The notes under the pieces were generated by a model. That model did not search any database, was not told the origin of the DNA, and saw nothing but the letters and a program-made list of their open reading frames with translations. A program made the translations under genes and the position numbers. This document shows positions 52,452 through 55,659 of a stretch of DNA of 55,659 nt, piece after piece. Each line of letters begins with the position of its first letter. The first letter of the stretch is position 1. The stretch is from Chromera velia (Eukaryota), in NCBI GenBank assembly GCA_018398765.1, contig JAHBMJ010000160.1, positions 1 to 55,659 on the forward strand, in the 5' to 3' direction.

Positions 52452-52690
52452 TAAACAGACAGACGGATAGACAGACAGATAGATAGATAGACAGGCAGAC
52501 AGACAGACAGACAGACAGAGACACAGACAGACAGACAAACAGACAGACAAACAGATAGACAGAGAAGCAGACAGGCAGACAGACAGACAGACAGACAGAT
52601 AGACAGACAGACAAACAGATAGACAGACAGACAGTCTAAGACAGAGAGACAGACAGACAGATAAACAGACAGATAGTAGGCAGGCAGACA
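50880..52690. repeat. Compound microsatellite (CA)n/(GA)n/(GACA)n/(GATA)n
   Basis: Read directly; a further (CA)/(TA) tract lies at ~50222-50378. Confidence 0.96.
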
Positions 52691-53835
52691 GACCGCCAAG
52701 GAGGCAAGTACGCAGTAAGGGAGGGGGGATCAGTCAATGTTCGTGCAGTTTCAACAGACCTAGATCCTTATCAGGCTGGTGTGGAGAAAGGCTTAGAAAG
52801 CCCAGTGCAAGCGGTAATGGAGGCGCGTTATGAAGGCGTTGAACAGACGTGGATATACAGACTACTGTAGACACGGTTTAAATTTCTGCTTGAGTCGATG
52901 CACGCTAACTGAGCAGAGCCTCAGAATAGAAAGCGCTCTCCTCAGGAAACTTGTTTGAGTTACCCGTGCCCCTGTCTTGCAGTGTTCTGCTCCGTTCGAT
53001 ATGACCGATGGAGTCTCGATCAAGGGAGCATAGTGCTTTCAGGATGTATGCAAGGTCGGGATGAAAACACCTTCGATCGAACCGAAAAGGAGGGGCAGGA
53101 AGAAGGCCTTATGTGGCCCTATATGATGCGATGCATATAAACAGACTTCAGGAGGGAGCTATAATCAGAGTAGTTATGGCATGTTGTAGCAGTTTCCCCC
53201 TTTCAAATCTATTGACAACCTCAGCAACAATGACTAACCTTCGGCGACAAACGGAACACTTCTGCCGACCTCCGAGGTCCGAGTAAGAAAATACTTTGTT
53301 GCTTCTGCATCGAAGCTCCCTGATGATCAAGGAATCTAAACCTCAAAATAAGCAAACTATTGCTACAGTTTCGATGTGTTCGGACAAATTGAGAGCAGTT
53401 GGGTCCGAGAGCACAATTCTCTTCAAAGGTCAGTCAAATTCACAGCATCTTGAAAGCGAAACCACATGCAGAGAGGTGATACTGTGTGCACTACGCCTCC
53501 GAGGCAGACACGCGGCGAAGAGGCCGGGGAAAACTGGGACATCTCAAAGGTGCCTCTGGAGGTGGCAAAGCTGGTTGTATAAACAGTATAAATATATATA
53601 CTACCCCCAGAGTGGTGGTCAGAAAGCCGTTTTTGAAATAGGAAGATGCCGGTGGGCCGAAGGCCCACTACAAAAGTTTCTGGTAGACGCCGTAGGCGCC
53701 ACCGGAAAACTGTCAGTAGGCGCTGAAGGCGCCACCCGGACACTGCCAATGGGCGCCGAAGCGTGCGCGCTGCCTGCATGGACCTTGCCGGTGGGTGCCG
53801 AAGGCCGGCGCCACTTGCATAGACTTTGTCGGAGG

Positions 53836-54247
53836 CAATGCCTGTAAAGCCTACAGCGTTTGTGGGTAAACGCCGCGGGGCAGCGGAGCGGCCGCACTCT
53901 GCCGCGGGGCGCCCGAAGGGTACTCCGCGGCGCGCCGCAGAGGAAAGTTTCCTCATGTCTGCGCCACGCCGCGGAGCGACTGTCCAAGCTACTCTGTGGA
54001 GCCCCGCGACAAACCGTTCACAGACTTGTCAAAACACAGTGAAAACATGCATACCAAAGAGCCTCCCAAAAAATTTTGGCGCCTGCGGCGCAAATTGCTC
54101 GTTTTATGAGTATATATTGGCAGGGCGGGCGGGGAAGGGTGCACCGCCGCGGAGGGGCTTGAAAGAGTCCGCGGCATAGCCGCGGACCAAATTGAAGAGC
54201 CCCGTGGCGCAGCCACGGGGCTCAAAATGGCGGCTTTACAGGCATTG
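53836..54247. mobile_element. MITE family A, copy 2 (perfect 16-bp TIR, 8-bp TSD)
   Basis: CAATGCCTGTAAAGCC ... GGCTTTACAGGCATTG; flanks GTCGGAGG (53828-53835) and GTTGGAGG (54248-54255). Confidence 0.92.
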
Positions 54248-54569
54248 GTTGGAGGCATGATGTGATGCGTGTATGGACGCATGCGTACATATATATCATT
54301 TGTTGATTATCGGTGTTTGTGCATGAGTTCCGATGAGTCCAGTCTCTTATGTCTTTCAATGTCTTCTCATGTTTTTTCCATCAACTTGGTAGTCTGCACC
54401 GGAGGCTCCGGAGCGGAGACCGGAGCCAAAATGAAGATAGTGTTCTACCCAGCCTTTCTTTATAACTTGTAGAGGGAGGGACTAAGCCGTCTCCTTCCGT
54501 CAGAATCCGTCTCCGTCCGTCTCCTGCGGTCTCCTGTCATGTCCTGCCGTCTACGTGAAGGGGAGGCAG

Positions 54570-55151
54570 TTATGCAGTCAGTTAGATCTAGTGAGCCCCT
54601 CCGTCAATCACTCACTGACAGCCAGGCTGAGCCAGTCAATCAGTCAGCCAGTCAGCTTGTCACCCAGCAAGCCAGTCAGTCAGTTTGCCAGTCAGCCAGC
54701 CATTGGCAGTCAACCAGCAAGTCAGCGCAAGTCAGTTAGTCAGTCAGCCAGTCAGTCAGCCAGTCAGTCAGCCATGCAGTCAGTCAGTGAGTCAATGAGT
54801 CGGTGAGTCAGTTAGTCAGTCAGTCAGTCAGTCAGTCAGTCAGTTAGTCAGTGAGTCAGTCAGTGAGCCAGTCAGTCAGCCAGTCAGTCGGAGAGTTAGT
54901 CAGTCATGAGTTAGTCAGTCAGTCAGTGAGTTAGTCAGTAAGCCAGTGAGTTAGCCAGATTTAGCCAGTCAGTCGGTGAGTCAGTCAGTCAGCCAGTCAG
55001 CTTATCACCCAGCAAGCCAGTCAGTCAGCCAGACAGTGACTCAGAGTCAGTCAGTCAGTCAATCTGTCAGTAAGTCAGCCTGTCAGTCAGTCAGTCAGTG
55101 AGTCATGAGTTATGAGTCACTCAGTTAGTGAGTCAGTGAGCCAGACAGTGA

Positions 55152-55184
<33 letters not shown>

Positions 55185-55200
55185 CCAGTCAGTGAGCCTG
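54570..55200. repeat. Degenerate (CAGT)n microsatellite
   Basis: Read directly. Confidence 0.93.
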
Positions 55201-55659
55201 CCTTGTGTGTTGGAATTGCGGTTGCTCGTCTGGCATGTCAGGATTGAGAGTGTGCGCATTGGTACTGCGGCCTGTGCCAGGACGATTTTAAATTGTGCGC
55301 GCGACCAATCGTTCACGGGGTGGTGTTTGAGCCATGCCGAGATGTATTGATTTTTCGCGCCGTACGTGTATTTGGCATCGAATTGGCATGCATCCGTCTA
55401 TCTATACATACGTACTGAGATATAGGCATGTGAGATTTCGAGTAGAAGGACTGCTTTTCCACTGAACACAGTGCTGCCGCCTACTAGCACAGTGCGGAGA
55501 TGGTTAGGACATACGTTACAGCTGTCTGAAGTAACTCTATTTCTAAGGTAACACTAATTGTACCTATTCTCGAGGCGGCGTTTGGCCAAGAACTCGAGAT
55601 TTTCACGATACACCTGTAGGCAAGTGTCTTACCTTCAGGGGCAAGGTGTGGTTTGTTTC

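Noticed and set aside
50058..52699. Long ORFs (up to 594 aa)
   Set aside because: Translations of stop-free microsatellites and minisatellites.
52700..53835. Possible gene fragment upstream of MITE copy 2
   Set aside because: Stops in all frames I read and no recognisable motif.

Overview
Eukaryotic nuclear DNA, probably from an apicomplexan-related (myzozoan) alveolate. That assignment is inferred from a PTEN/C2-FH1-FH2 formin, a ppGalNAc-T and frequent TGCATGCA; the species cannot be determined. The first ~23 kb is gene-rich. It holds a small intronless membrane-protein ORF (-), a 9-exon polypeptide GalNAc-transferase (+, ~700 aa) and a 13-exon formin (+, ~3190 aa); both spliced models were assembled by hand and are phase-consistent. 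The remaining ~32 kb is decayed mobile DNA. It contains a Penelope-like retroelement whose GIY-YIG-like remnant lies N-terminal to the RT (permuted, Chlamys-type order), abutted by a ~235-bp inverted-repeat element with hairpin-rich cargo. It also contains two unrelated gag-only LTR elements, an intron-containing P-superfamily-like transposase pseudogene, several MITE/foldback families (some with 8-bp TSDs), ~201-bp tandem arrays and long microsatellites. No tRNA, rRNA or CRISPR array was seen.
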